DNA of 64,000 bases from Acidobacteriota bacterium (GTDB lineage Bacteria; Acidobacteriota; UBA6911), in the NCBI GenBank assembly GCA_963664705.1, contig OY761556.1, forward strand, positions 416,001-480,000, given 5' to 3'. Positions 9,802-19,948 of the stretch are shown here, piece after piece. The position numbers and the translations under genes were made by a program. The notes under the pieces were generated by a model. That model did not search any database. It was not told the DNA's origin and worked only from the letters and a program-made list of their open reading frames with translations. How positions within the stretch are numbered: position 1 is the stretch's first letter; each line of letters starts with the position of its first letter.

Positions 9802-10001
9802 CTGCATGATTGTCCGGGCTCTGAAGGCCCGAAATCCATCGGAAGCCGCGCGAGAACGCGGCTTCCATATGGACCCTCTGTATTTATCCTCCGTTCAAAC
9901 TCCAATTCGCAATTTTTTATATCTGCAAGAGAAGAGGCTGTCTTTGTAGAATAGCCATAGGCTTTGCCGCGTGCATTCGCGGCTTAATCAGTGAGGACGA
10001 T

Positions 10002-10352
10002 ATGCCAGGGTTGAGCGCAGCCATGAAGGGCAGGATTTTCGAAGCGCTGGATGCCACCAGTTTCAGGCAACGGGGCTTCCATGTGGATTATGATGAAAAG
10101 AATGACGTGCTTGTGACGATCACCCGCTTCACGTATCGGTTCACGCTAAATTCGACGGATGCCGGATTTGTTACTGGCGAGTATCCCGGCATCGCTTCGG
10201 AAAAAGCCGAGATAATGCAAAGAAGCGATTTTGAATCGTGCCTTCGTGCCATCCGTGAATGGGCGACAAGAATCCTGGACAGGGAGGAGTCCGCCATTCT
10301 TGATGAATTTGGAGGTGTGGCTGATCGCGATCCCTCGCTTCCCCTGAAGTGA
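10002..10352 (+). CDS. Hypothetical protein
   Basis: 116-aa ORF with GAGGA RBS filling the gap between flanking genes. Confidence 0.6.
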   Translation: MPGLSAAMKGRIFEALDATSFRQRGFHVDYDEKNDVLVTITRFTYRFTLNSTDAGFVTGEYPGIASEKAEIMQRSDFESCLRAIREWATRILDREESAILDEFGGVADRDPSLPLK

Positions 10353-10376
10353 AGGCAGACCACGCTCCGGGCGGCA

Positions 10377-11354
10377 TTACCAGGCAGCCGCATCCATTGC
10401 CAGCTTTATCACCCCGTCTTCGTGCGTTTCGTACATTTCAAACGCTCTCTGCGCTTCGCGGATGGGCAGTCTGTGGGTGCAAAAGCTCGTCAGCTCCCGT
10501 TGATTTGCCATGAAGAGATCCTGGGCCTTCATCAGATACTCTTTCCATGCCGGCGTGACGGTCCCAATCAGGACCGCATTTTTCCGAAAGAAAGTTTCAT
10601 ATTCCAGCGCATAGACATTGTGGTCCGGGACTCCAAAGGCGAGAACGGTTCCACGCTTTTGCACCAGTTCCAGTGCATCGTTCAGGGTGTCCATCTGGTG
10701 TCCAACCGCTTCAATCACTATGTCCACAGGCTTCCAGTTGCTGCCAGCCGCCCGCATCCCGTGAACGACCTCAATCGCACTGCCGACTATGGTTTCGCCG
10801 GCTCCGAGTTCCTCCGCTTTTTTGCAGCGGTTCTCAAACGGATCGATGCCAATGATTCGGCCCGCGCCTCTTTTGTGCGCAAGCCAGCAGAACATCAGTC
10901 CTATGGACCCCAGACCCAGTACGGCAATTGATTTCCCCTCGATCTCACCTAGACGGTCCATTGCGTTTATGACCGTGGAGAGAGGCTGGATGATGCAGGC
11001 GGCTCCCGGGTCCATGATCTTTGGATTTAGGAGAATAGTCCGAGCGGTCTGAGCCAGGAAATACTCGGCAAGCCCCTGGTTGCCGTCCGGAATCGAAAGC
11101 ACCCGGTCTCCCGGTTTGAATTGCGAAGACGCGCTTGCCACGATCTCTCCGATGCATTCGTGTACCGGTGCGCCCGGGGGCATCGGATATGTCTGATGTC
11201 GCTTTTTCCCGGTAAAGAAAGGGATATCGCTTCCGCAAAGCGAAACCCAGGCCGTTCGGACAAGGAGGTGTTCGCTGCTGCCTTGCGGCAAGGAGGGCAC
11301 TGGCATTTCCACTGGTTCAAGAAAGCGCGGCTTTACGGCGTGGAGCAGTTTCAT
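10377..11354 (-). CDS. Zinc-binding medium-chain dehydrogenase/reductase
   Basis: LCGSD, HECIG and GLGSIG motifs; no structural-Zn lobe; probable start MKLLH at 11354. Confidence 0.88.
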   Translation of the reverse strand: MKLLHAVKPRFLEPVEMPVPSLPQGSSEHLLVRTAWVSLCGSDIPFFTGKKRHQTYPMPPGAPVHECIGEIVASASSQFKPGDRVLSIPDGNQGLAEYFLAQTARTILLNPKIMDPGAACIIQPLSTVINAMDRLGEIEGKSIAVLGLGSIGLMFCWLAHKRGAGRIIGIDPFENRCKKAEELGAGETIVGSAIEVVHGMRAAGSNWKPVDIVIEAVGHQMDTLNDALELVQKRGTVLAFGVPDHNVYALEYETFFRKNAVLIGTVTPAWKEYLMKAQDLFMANQRELTSFCTHRLPIREAQRAFEMYETHEDGVIKLAMDAAAW

Positions 11355-11595
11355 TGCATTCCCTTTCTGGCAATCGGCGAAATTTCCGGCGGAAAAGCAG
11401 CCGGTAATTCCATGAATCAGCCAAGGATGATAGTTCGCGCGATGTGAGGCGTCAATCATCCAGATCCTCTGTTTCCGGGTTCACAATCCAGGCAATCACC
11501 GGCACAATCCGTCCCAGGTCAAAGGGGGCACCAATTCCCTGCGATTGCTCGCCACTTATGTGTAGATATGCCAACAATATGCAAAGTCATATTCC

Positions 11596-11624
11596 TTGAC
11601 TGCGCCTGGAAAGAAAATTAGGAT
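11596..11624 (+). promoter_or_regulatory. Putative sigma70 promoter of TBDT-1
   Basis: TTGACT-N17-TAGGAT, with identical hexamers and spacing upstream of TBDT-2. Confidence 0.65.
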
Positions 11625-11767
11625 TGGCTCATATTGGGTTGATTCCTCACATTACGGTGCTGGTTTTCTCCGAACGATGATGAAGGGCTTTTGCTCTTGT
11701 TCGATGTGAGATTCCCGCGCATCACCAACTGATTCTATCTGGCCTTATACGACATAGCATTGCGATC

Positions 11768-11793
11768 CTGTTCGATCACCCTGGCTCGAACAG
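11768..11793 (+). promoter_or_regulatory. Conserved 5'-leader hairpin, copy 1
   Basis: CTGTTCGA-tcaCCCTGGC-TCGAACAG, about 107 nt before the TBDT-1 start. Confidence 0.6.
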
Positions 11794-11899
11794 TCATTGT
11801 GCTGGCCAGGGACCGCTGTCGGTATTGGCCTATCCACCATGGTTCCGGCATCGGCCCTCATTCTCAATTTCTTTCTCAACCTGAGGGAGGACATGTTTC

Positions 11900-14800
11900 A
11901 TGCGATCAATCATTAAAGCATTCGGCTGTGTGCTCATCCTTTCAGCGATGGCCCTTGCGCAGGGCGATCGCGGCACGATTACGGGAGCAGTGACCGATCC
12001 GGCAGGCGCCGTGATTGGTGGCGCGGCAGTCAAAGCAAAAAACGCGGCAACCGGCGCCGAGTATTCAACAATAACTACCAACACCGGCAACTACACTCTC
12101 GCCCAGTTGCTGCCCGGCCCTTATGAACTATCGGTTTCCATGTCCGGCTTCAAAACGCTTGCCCGGACAGGTCTCACCGTGGTTTCCGCGCAAATAATGC
12201 GCATCGACGCTGCCTTGGAAATAGGCGCAATCTCCGAAACCGTTTCCGTGGATGCCGCCGCTGCCCTGCTGAAGACGGAGAGCGGCGAACTGAGCCATAC
12301 CATCCAGGGGGAGTTGCTGAACAACCTACCCGTTTTTTCCATTGGCAGCTATGCAGGAACGACAGGCATCCGGAACCCATACGCTGTGATCCAGATGCTT
12401 CCGGGCGCCGATTTTACCCCCGATAACAACGTTAAGGTCAATGGCGCGCCGAGCAACACCCAGGGGTTGCGTGTCGAGGGCATGGATGCCACCAACAACA
12501 TGTGGCAGCAGATGTCCCAATATACGCAGACCGGCGTCGAAGCCGTCCAGGAATTCGGCATACAAACAAGCAACTACGCGGCCGAATACGGGCAGGCGGG
12601 AACGGCTGTGTTTAATTTGACGATGAAGTCCGGCACGAACCAGCTTCATGGATCCGCTTATGACTACTTCGTGAACGAAGCCCTGAATGCCGGAACGCCG
12701 TTTACGTCTGACGGGACGGGGGGAAAACTTCGTCCCCGCAATCGAAGAAACGACTTCGGCTTCACAGTCGGCGGGCCCGTGTATCTGCCCAAAATGTTCA
12801 ACGGTCGCGACAGGGCGTTCTTCTTTTTCAGTTTTGAACAGTATCGCCAGGCTACCACCACGAACAGCTTTGTGACAGTTCCCACTCTTGCCATGCGGAA
12901 AGGAGATTTCAGTGCGATCCAGGGTGCCGCTCCCCTGAAAAACTCCAGCGGCAATGTAATCACTGATGTGCTCGGCCGCCCGGTCTACCAGAATACGATC
13001 TATGACCCGAGCACAGAACGAGTTGTCAATGGAGTCCGGGTATGGGATCCCTTCCTCGGCAACAAGATCCCGCAGGAAAGATGGGATCCGGCTGCATTGG
13101 CCGTACAGAGCTACATGTATGAGCCGGGTTATGGTGGCGCGGATGCCTCGAAACTGACCAACAATGCGATGCTGACCGTTCCCGCATCCGTTGTGACCTG
13201 GATCCCATCAGTCAAAGTGGATTATTCGATTAGTCCAAGAGCCAAGGTATCCGGGTTTTGGTCAAGGAATAGCTATGCACCAGGTGGTTCTGCCGGCTTG
13301 CCCGCGCAGATCACTTCCTTCATGCCGACTCCATCCGTGAATCACACAGTCCGGCTCAACTTCGATTACACTGTCAAGCCCACCATGCTGCTGCATCTTG
13401 GTGCGGGACTTATGCAGACTGTCCTGACTTACAATGCCGGAGGACATACTCCCCAAAAGGATCTTAAAATACCTGGAGGAACAGACGCCAATCCGTATCT
13501 TACAACCATGATCAATACTACGTATGGTGGCTATTCTCCGGCGACAGGCCCGGCCATGGATGTGCGGTTTGTCGATCTGAAGCCGACGGCAAATCCCAGC
13601 TTGACCTGGATCAAGGGGAATCACAGTTACAAATTTGGCGGAGAACTGGTCGTGGAATCCCATCCGGACTATAGCAGGAGCTACGCCAATAACTATTACT
13701 ACTTCTCTCCAAACCAGACCGCGGATCCTTCCCTGAGCTTGAGCGGCACAACCCTCCCCTCCGGGACAGCCATCGGGTTCGCCTATGCCAGCTTTCTCAT
13801 GGGGAATTACAACCAGGTAACCAGCAACACGACCGCAAAAGGGCACCTGGGAAACCACGCCTTCGCTTTTTACGCGCAGGACTCGTGGAAGATCACGTCC
13901 AAAGTTACCTTGGATTACGGCTTGCGCTACGATTTCCAAACCTACCTGAAGGAGCAGTATGGCCGAATGGGCAGTCTGGTGCCCTCGGCGATGAACCCCA
14001 AAGTTGGTCTGCCGGGCGCAATTCAGTATGAAGGCAATGGGCAGGGACACTGCAACTGTGCATTTGGGAAAAACTATCCGTATGCCTTTGGCCCTCGGCT
14101 CGGGCTTGCGTGGCAGATGCTTCCCAAGACCGTATTACGTGCCGGCATCGGCATCTCCTACGGAAAGACAACAGAACTCGGCTACCTGAGCAATCAGTTG
14201 TCAGGTATGGTGAGTTATCAGAACCCGGGGCAGGGCCTGCCGGCCGGGCAATTATCGACAGGCGTACCTCCCGGCGTTACGCCGACGTGGCCTACAACGG
14301 ACACAAGCGCCTATCCGCATCTTCCCTCTCTCGACCCTCCGGCGATGTTTTACGATTACAACATGGGCCGGCCGTCCAGGACTGTCCAGTGGAGCTTCGG
14401 GATCCAGCGGGAAATCACCAAGGATTTGCTTCTGGAAGTCTCCTATGTTGGCAACCGCGGCGCATGGTGGTATGCCGGAGCATTGAGGGATTGGAACGCC
14501 TTAACCCCGGAGGATCTGAAAAGCAAATGGGGGCTTGACGTCGGAGTCAAGGCCGACCGGGACTTGCTGGTGAATACTTTAGGTGCTGCCCAGGCCAAGT
14601 ATCCCGGGCGGTTTACCACGCCCTTTGCCGGCTTTCCTGCGGCAACCGCAACGCTCGCTCAGGCGCTTGCTCCATTCCCTCAATTCTCAAGCATGAACCT
14701 GATCTTCGCGCCGTTGGGGCGTACCTGGTACGATGCTCTGCAGGCCAACCTCAACAAGAGGTTCGCGCATAATTTCTCTTTCCAATATAGTTTCACCTGG

Positions 14801-15574
14801 CAGAAGGAGCTCTATTCTGGAGCCGAAAACTCCTATTGGTTCGGCGGTCCCAGGAATGCTCTGATCAATGACGTGGCCAACCGGTCGGTCAACAAATACA
14901 TGTCAGGCTTGTCACGTCCACTAATGCATAACATAGCTCTGAGTTACACGACACCCAGGGTTTTCGCCCAATACAAGATGTTATCCCTGTTCTTGCGAGA
15001 CTGGCAGATCAACATCCAGGCTCGTTACAGGAGCGGGTATCTGCTTCAAGTGCCAGTTGCGTCCAGCAACCTGCCTAACGCTCTCCACCGCTCGGCTACC
15101 GGCGGGGCAGTCGCTGGAACCCCAACTACCTTTGCAAACAGAGTGCCGGGACAACCGGTGTTCATGGACCAGAGCGGCAACGCAATCGACATCAACAGCC
15201 GCAATTGGGACCCGAGCCAGGCCTTCGTACTTAATCCGAAAGCGTGGACGGAACCGGATGAGGGGAAGTTCGGCACCTCTGCGGCCTACTATAGTGACTA
15301 CAGGTCATTTCGCCATCCCCAGGAAAATGTGGGGTTGGCTCGTAACTTCCGGTTCGGCCGTGATGGTCGGATGAACCTGAATCTTCGGGCCGAATTCACC
15401 AATATCTTCAACCGGCTTTACCTGCCAGACCCAACAGCAACAAATGCCGGGGCAACACAAACCAAATCCTCTACCGGTCAACCGACTGGCGGATTCGGAT
15501 ATATCAACCTTCAGAGTTCTCAAATCGCGTCGAATGTCCGGATGGGCCAGATTGTCGCCCGCCTCAGTTTCTAA
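11900..15574 (+). CDS. TonB-dependent transporter, Oar-like (acidobacterial type) with an N-terminal carboxypeptidase-regulatory-like domain
   Basis: Signal peptide; GTITGAVTDPAGA, TSNYAAEYG, KSGTNQLHGS and FYAQDSWK motifs; C-terminal Phe. Confidence 0.93.
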   Translation: MRSIIKAFGCVLILSAMALAQGDRGTITGAVTDPAGAVIGGAAVKAKNAATGAEYSTITTNTGNYTLAQLLPGPYELSVSMSGFKTLARTGLTVVSAQIMRIDAALEIGAISETVSVDAAAALLKTESGELSHTIQGELLNNLPVFSIGSYAGTTGIRNPYAVIQMLPGADFTPDNNVKVNGAPSNTQGLRVEGMDATNNMWQQMSQYTQTGVEAVQEFGIQTSNYAAEYGQAGTAVFNLTMKSGTNQLHGSAYDYFVNEALNAGTPFTSDGTGGKLRPRNRRNDFGFTVGGPVYLPKMFNGRDRAFFFFSFEQYRQATTTNSFVTVPTLAMRKGDFSAIQGAAPLKNSSGNVITDVLGRPVYQNTIYDPSTERVVNGVRVWDPFLGNKIPQERWDPAALAVQSYMYEPGYGGADASKLTNNAMLTVPASVVTWIPSVKVDYSISPRAKVSGFWSRNSYAPGGSAGLPAQITSFMPTPSVNHTVRLNFDYTVKPTMLLHLGAGLMQTVLTYNAGGHTPQKDLKIPGGTDANPYLTTMINTTYGGYSPATGPAMDVRFVDLKPTANPSLTWIKGNHSYKFGGELVVESHPDYSRSYANNYYYFSPNQTADPSLSLSGTTLPSGTAIGFAYASFLMGNYNQVTSNTTAKGHLGNHAFAFYAQDSWKITSKVTLDYGLRYDFQTYLKEQYGRMGSLVPSAMNPKVGLPGAIQYEGNGQGHCNCAFGKNYPYAFGPRLGLAWQMLPKTVLRAGIGISYGKTTELGYLSNQLSGMVSYQNPGQGLPAGQLSTGVPPGVTPTWPTTDTSAYPHLPSLDPPAMFYDYNMGRPSRTVQWSFGIQREITKDLLLEVSYVGNRGAWWYAGALRDWNALTPEDLKSKWGLDVGVKADRDLLVNTLGAAQAKYPGRFTTPFAGFPAATATLAQALAPFPQFSSMNLIFAPLGRTWYDALQANLNKRFAHNFSFQYSFTWQKELYSGAENSYWFGGPRNALINDVANRSVNKYMSGLSRPLMHNIALSYTTPRVFAQYKMLSLFLRDWQINIQARYRSGYLLQVPVASSNLPNALHRSATGGAVAGTPTTFANRVPGQPVFMDQSGNAIDINSRNWDPSQAFVLNPKAWTEPDEGKFGTSAAYYSDYRSFRHPQENVGLARNFRFGRDGRMNLNLRAEFTNIFNRLYLPDPTATNAGATQTKSSTGQPTGGFGYINLQSSQIASNVRMGQIVARLSF

Positions 15575-15589
15575 TCTCTCCCTGGATTG

Positions 15590-15624
15590 TGCTGGGGGCC
15601 GGCCTAAGCTGGCCCCCAGCATTT
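15590..15624 (+). terminator. Terminator-like hairpin after TBDT-1
   Basis: TGCTGGGGGCCGGC-ctaa-GCTGGCCCCCAGCA-TTT. Confidence 0.65.
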
Positions 15625-15913
15625 CAAAACGCCGCGATTGCACGAATTCCCCAAGAATGCTTTGGGCAATCCGTGTCATTCGCGACGTTTTTGAAAGCTG
15701 CTGCCGCAGTGAGCAACCTGCGATAAGAACAGATTGTGGCCCGCTTCAATTTCTGGCAAATCTCCTGTTTTTCGTGGGAGCTGGTCAGGCCGGCTCTCAT
15801 CCCCCCTCTTACCCGCCATCAATCGCCAATATCCTATTTCGAATCAATCTAATTTTCTTTGCAACTCTTGTATTTTCCTTAGGTTTCCAGAATATTAGTT
15901 TGAATTAATCTGC

Positions 15914-15942
15914 TTGACTGTTATTGCAATCGCAAATAGGAT
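15914..15942 (+). promoter_or_regulatory. Putative sigma70 promoter of TBDT-2
   Basis: TTGACT-N17-TAGGAT. Confidence 0.65.
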
Positions 15943-16064
15943 GGTGCCACAAATGGGAGTGTTCTACGCAAAGGGATAATATTCTACGCATCCCGAAATC
16001 CCCGGGCGATTCTCCCAGCGCTTTACAGATTTATCTGATTTCGCTTTAACAATCTGTTGCTTGC

Positions 16065-16091
16065 CCTGTTCGACTCCCTGGCTCGAATGGG
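16065..16091 (+). promoter_or_regulatory. Conserved 5'-leader hairpin, copy 2
   Basis: CCTGTTCGA-ctCCCTGGC-TCGAATGGG; stem retained through G-U pairs; about 110 nt before the TBDT-2 start. Confidence 0.6.
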
Positions 16092-16201
16092 TGTATTTGC
16101 TTGAGATAGCGGATGACCGGCCGTAGTGCAATTGGATTTGCGGCTGGTAAGAAGCTTTTGTTTCGTGCGTCTCGGTTTGTCAACCCTAGGAGGTATTACT
16201 G

Positions 16202-19200
16202 ATGCGTTTATTGCTGAAGGCATGCTGTTGCGTGCTCCTTCTGGCAGGAATTGCCCTTGCCCAGTCGGACCGCGGCACCATCACCGGCACCGTCACTGAT
16301 CCTGCAGGCGCTGTAGCTCCGAATGCTTCGATCAAGGCGAAAAACATAGGGAACGGTGCTGAATATCAGACATTGAGTACCAATACCGGCAATTACACAC
16401 TTGCCCAATTGCCATCTGGAAGCTATGAACTCACGGTTGCAATGACTGGATTTAAGACATTTGTCCGTCAGGGAATCACAGTCGCCGCAGCCCAAACCCT
16501 CCGCGTTAATGTCAGCCTCGAGGTGGGAGCCATTTCGGAGACCGTCACGGTCAGTGAAGATGCTCCTCTGCTCAAGACTGAAAGCGGGGAATTAAGCCAC
16601 AACGTCCGTTCGGATACGCTGGATTCGCTCCCGGTTTTGTCTATCGGCGGAAGCGCAGGCAGTACCGGTATTCGAAATCCATATGCCGTTATGCAGGTTC
16701 TGCCGGGCGCCGACTGGCGGCCGGATGCCAGCGTCAGAGTCAACGGTGCTCCCGGCAACTCGCAGGCTTTGCGCGTTGAGGGTATGGACGCGACCAATAA
16801 CATGTGGCAGCAACAAGGCCAATATACCCAGCAGGGTGTAGATGCTATTCAAGAGTTTGCTGTCGCCACCAGCAATTATGCGGCTGAATTCGGGCAGGCA
16901 GGATCTGCCGTATTCAACCTGACCATGAAGTCCGGTACGAATGCGCTGCATGGGAGTGTTTACGAATACTTTGTTAATGAGGCCCTCAACGCTTCGACGC
17001 CGTATTCGGAAGATAGTGCTGGAAACAAGAACCGGCCACGTTCCCGCCGGAACGATTTCGGATTCACCCTCGGTGGACCGATCTACGTGCCGAAAGTGTA
17101 TGATGGCCGTGACAAATCCTTCTTCTTTTTCAGCTTTGAGGAATATCGCCAGGCCACAACCACAAAGACCGCTGCGACGGTTCCAACGCTCAAGATGCGC
17201 ACCGGTGATTTCAGCGAAATCCTAGGAACAACCGCGATCGGCACGGATATTCTGGGCCGACCTATTTATGAGAACCAGCTATATGACTGGCGCACTGAAC
17301 GCCTGGTGAACGGCACGCGTATCTGGGATCCGTTCAAGAACAATCAAATTGATTCCTCTTTGTTTGATTCATCGGCAGTGCTGATTCAGGCGATGTTTCC
17401 CAAGCCGGAGACGTCCGGGCTGACTCAGAACTGGAATCAACAGACCGCAAACTCAACCCTGACCTTTATTCCTTCGGTCAAGATTGATTATTCGCTCAAC
17501 AACAAGGCCAAGTTGTCCGGATACTGGTCGAGGAATTCCTTCAATACGACCGCGGATGATGGCCTCCCAATCGCCATCACGGCTGGTGTACCCAATACCT
17601 TCCTGTCGCACACGCTGCGCGTCAATCTGGATTACACCATCACCCCGACCATGTTGTTACATGTCGGCACAGGGCTCATGGTCAACCGGATGAGACAGTT
17701 GGCTCCGCAAGGAGTGGATACAAAAGCCACCTTCGGAATCAACACGCAGGCAAAGGGTTTCCCATATATCGCTGGACCTGTCAGCACCAGCTTTGGTGGG
17801 TTCTCCCCGACGATGGGTTCGGTCATGAACTCCCAGCTTGATAATCTCAAGCCGACTGCGAATCCGAGTTTGACCTGGATTCGTGGGAACCACACCTATA
17901 AGTTTGGCGGAGAGTTGATCGTCGAATCGCATCCGAGCTACAGCGAAACATTCGCCAACAACTGGTTTACCTTTGCAACGGCTCAGACCGGCGATCCTTC
18001 GCTGGCCTATACCAACCTCGGTGGGAAAACGACCGGTTTTGCATACGCCAGCTTTCTTACCGGCCGCGTAGGCAGCGGGTATACAAATGCACCGAGCAGA
18101 GGACATCTGGGATCCCACTCCATTGCTTTTTATGCACAGGACTCCTGGAAGATCACGCCCAAGATCACCCTGGATTACGGGCTGCGTTATGATTACCAGA
18201 CCTATCTTAAGGAACAATACGGACGGTGGGCCAACTTCTCCCCAACCGCTTTGAATCCGAACATTATCAATCCCGTGACCAATCAGCCCATGCCGGGCGC
18301 CACTATTTTTGAGGGCAGCGGAGCGGGTCACTGCAACTGCAGTTTTGCAGATACCTACAAGTTTGCCTTTGGACCGCGCCTTGGTTTGGCTTGGCAGGTG
18401 ATGCCAAAGACCGTCATTCGCGCCGGTATCGGTATTTCCTACGGCCGAACCCCTGAACTTGGCTACCTGAACAACACGCTGTCAAGTTTTGTGACCTATG
18501 GCGCCACTGCTCCTGGTTTGGCTGCCGCCCAGCTGCATGACGGCCCTCCTGCGGCCTATACGGTTGTGTGGCCTGACATTCGCGCGGATGCATTCCCCAA
18601 ATTGCCCAGCCTTGGCCCACCGGCAATGGCGGTCGATCGCAACGCGGGCCGTCCTCCTCGGACCGTTCAGTGGAGCTTCGGTATTCAACGTGAAATTACC
18701 AAGGACCTGATGGTTGACCTTTCATATGTAGGCAACCGCGGTGCCTGGTGGCAGGCCAATCCGTTGGTTGATATCAACGGCGTAACCCCCGAATACCTGA
18801 AGACCAAGTGGGGATTGGATGTCAACAGTGCGGCAGATAGGACCCTGCTGACAACATCCTACGCGAACCTCTCGGCTGCGGACAAAATTCGATTCCCGTT
18901 GCCGTTTACCAAATTCCCTACAAGCTACAATCTGATCCAGGCGCTTCGGCCTTTCCCGCAGTTCAGCACCATCTCGATGATGTGGGCTCCGCTGGGACGC
19001 ACCTGGTACGATTCGGCTCAGCTCAAAGTAACGAAGAGGTTTTCGCATAACTTTGATTTGAGCTATAGCTTCACCTTCCAGAAAGAAATGACGATGGGTT
19101 CGGAACTCTCGTATCAGCTCTTCGGCACCATCAACCCGATGGTCGGCGATGTTGCAAATCGGGCATCCAATAAATACATCTCCGGTTTGTCGAGACCGTT

Positions 19201-19825
19201 CATGAACGTCGTTGCCACGAGCTACACGGTTCCTAAGGTTTTCCCTGGAAACAAAATCGTATCGCAGATTCTGCGCGACTGGCAGTTCAGCGCGCTGTTG
19301 CGCTACACCAGCGGACAGCCGCTCCAGGTGCCGAACTCTACTGGTTCGACTCAGACACTGTTGGCCCGCGCGAACAATACGTTTGCCAACAGAGTGGCCG
19401 GACAATCGCTCTTTGCCGATCAGAATGGCAACGCGATTGACATCAATGGGAATTACGATCCAGCCACCACGTTCGTGCTGAATCCCAAAGCATGGACATC
19501 GCCAGCGGATGGACAGTTCACCACTTCCACCGCCTATTACAACGATTATCGCGGCCGCAGGCATCCGACGGAAAACATGAGCTTGGCTCGTAATTTCCGG
19601 ATGGGACGCGACGGTCACTATACTCTGCAATTAAGGGCCGAGTTCAACAACATCTTCAACCGTCTGTATGTTCCCGACCCCAGCAACCTGACCGCTGGTG
19701 CAACCCAAACCTATAAAGCCGGTACAAACCTGACCACTGGCGGATTTGGGTACATCAACATGAAGGCTGCAGCAGTAGCCAGCAACGTGCGTACAGGACA
19801 AGTCGTCGCACGCTTCAGCTTCTAG
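16202..19825 (+). CDS. TonB-dependent transporter, Oar-like; tandem paralog of 11900..15574
   Basis: Same motifs and collinear sequence (LRVEGMDATNNMWQQ, GGELIVESHP, GHCNC, TVQWSFGIQREITKD). Confidence 0.93.
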   Translation: MRLLLKACCCVLLLAGIALAQSDRGTITGTVTDPAGAVAPNASIKAKNIGNGAEYQTLSTNTGNYTLAQLPSGSYELTVAMTGFKTFVRQGITVAAAQTLRVNVSLEVGAISETVTVSEDAPLLKTESGELSHNVRSDTLDSLPVLSIGGSAGSTGIRNPYAVMQVLPGADWRPDASVRVNGAPGNSQALRVEGMDATNNMWQQQGQYTQQGVDAIQEFAVATSNYAAEFGQAGSAVFNLTMKSGTNALHGSVYEYFVNEALNASTPYSEDSAGNKNRPRSRRNDFGFTLGGPIYVPKVYDGRDKSFFFFSFEEYRQATTTKTAATVPTLKMRTGDFSEILGTTAIGTDILGRPIYENQLYDWRTERLVNGTRIWDPFKNNQIDSSLFDSSAVLIQAMFPKPETSGLTQNWNQQTANSTLTFIPSVKIDYSLNNKAKLSGYWSRNSFNTTADDGLPIAITAGVPNTFLSHTLRVNLDYTITPTMLLHVGTGLMVNRMRQLAPQGVDTKATFGINTQAKGFPYIAGPVSTSFGGFSPTMGSVMNSQLDNLKPTANPSLTWIRGNHTYKFGGELIVESHPSYSETFANNWFTFATAQTGDPSLAYTNLGGKTTGFAYASFLTGRVGSGYTNAPSRGHLGSHSIAFYAQDSWKITPKITLDYGLRYDYQTYLKEQYGRWANFSPTALNPNIINPVTNQPMPGATIFEGSGAGHCNCSFADTYKFAFGPRLGLAWQVMPKTVIRAGIGISYGRTPELGYLNNTLSSFVTYGATAPGLAAAQLHDGPPAAYTVVWPDIRADAFPKLPSLGPPAMAVDRNAGRPPRTVQWSFGIQREITKDLMVDLSYVGNRGAWWQANPLVDINGVTPEYLKTKWGLDVNSAADRTLLTTSYANLSAADKIRFPLPFTKFPTSYNLIQALRPFPQFSTISMMWAPLGRTWYDSAQLKVTKRFSHNFDLSYSFTFQKEMTMGSELSYQLFGTINPMVGDVANRASNKYISGLSRPFMNVVATSYTVPKVFPGNKIVSQILRDWQFSALLRYTSGQPLQVPNSTGSTQTLLARANNTFANRVAGQSLFADQNGNAIDINGNYDPATTFVLNPKAWTSPADGQFTTSTAYYNDYRGRRHPTENMSLARNFRMGRDGHYTLQLRAEFNNIFNRLYVPDPSNLTAGATQTYKAGTNLTTGGFGYINMKAAAVASNVRTGQVVARFSF

Positions 19826-19837
19826 TCCATCGCAAGA

Positions 19838-19875
19838 TGTTTGGGGCCGCGGTTCATCCGGGCCCCAAACAAAAA
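19838..19875. terminator. Terminator hairpin between convergent TBDT-2 and the Mo-enzyme gene
   Basis: TGTTTGGGGCC...GGCCCCAAACA-AAAA. Confidence 0.6.
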
Positions 19876-19876
19876 C

Positions 19877-19933
19877 GCCACGAATTGTACGAATTCCGCG
19901 AAACATCTTCGAGAAATTCGTGCAATTCGTGGC
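19877..19933. repeat. Short palindromic intergenic repeat (GCCACGAATTGTACGAATT...AATTCGTGCAATTCGTGGC)
   Basis: Imperfect inverted repeat; a degenerate copy at ~15633-15684 follows TBDT-1. Confidence 0.6.
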
Positions 19934-19948
19934 GTTCTGTTTTTCGGC

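Noticed and set aside
15950-16020. c-di-GMP-I (GEMM) riboswitch suggested by ACGCAAAG
   Set aside because: The preceding GGCAAA/GAAA-tetraloop P2 element and the receptor are missing.
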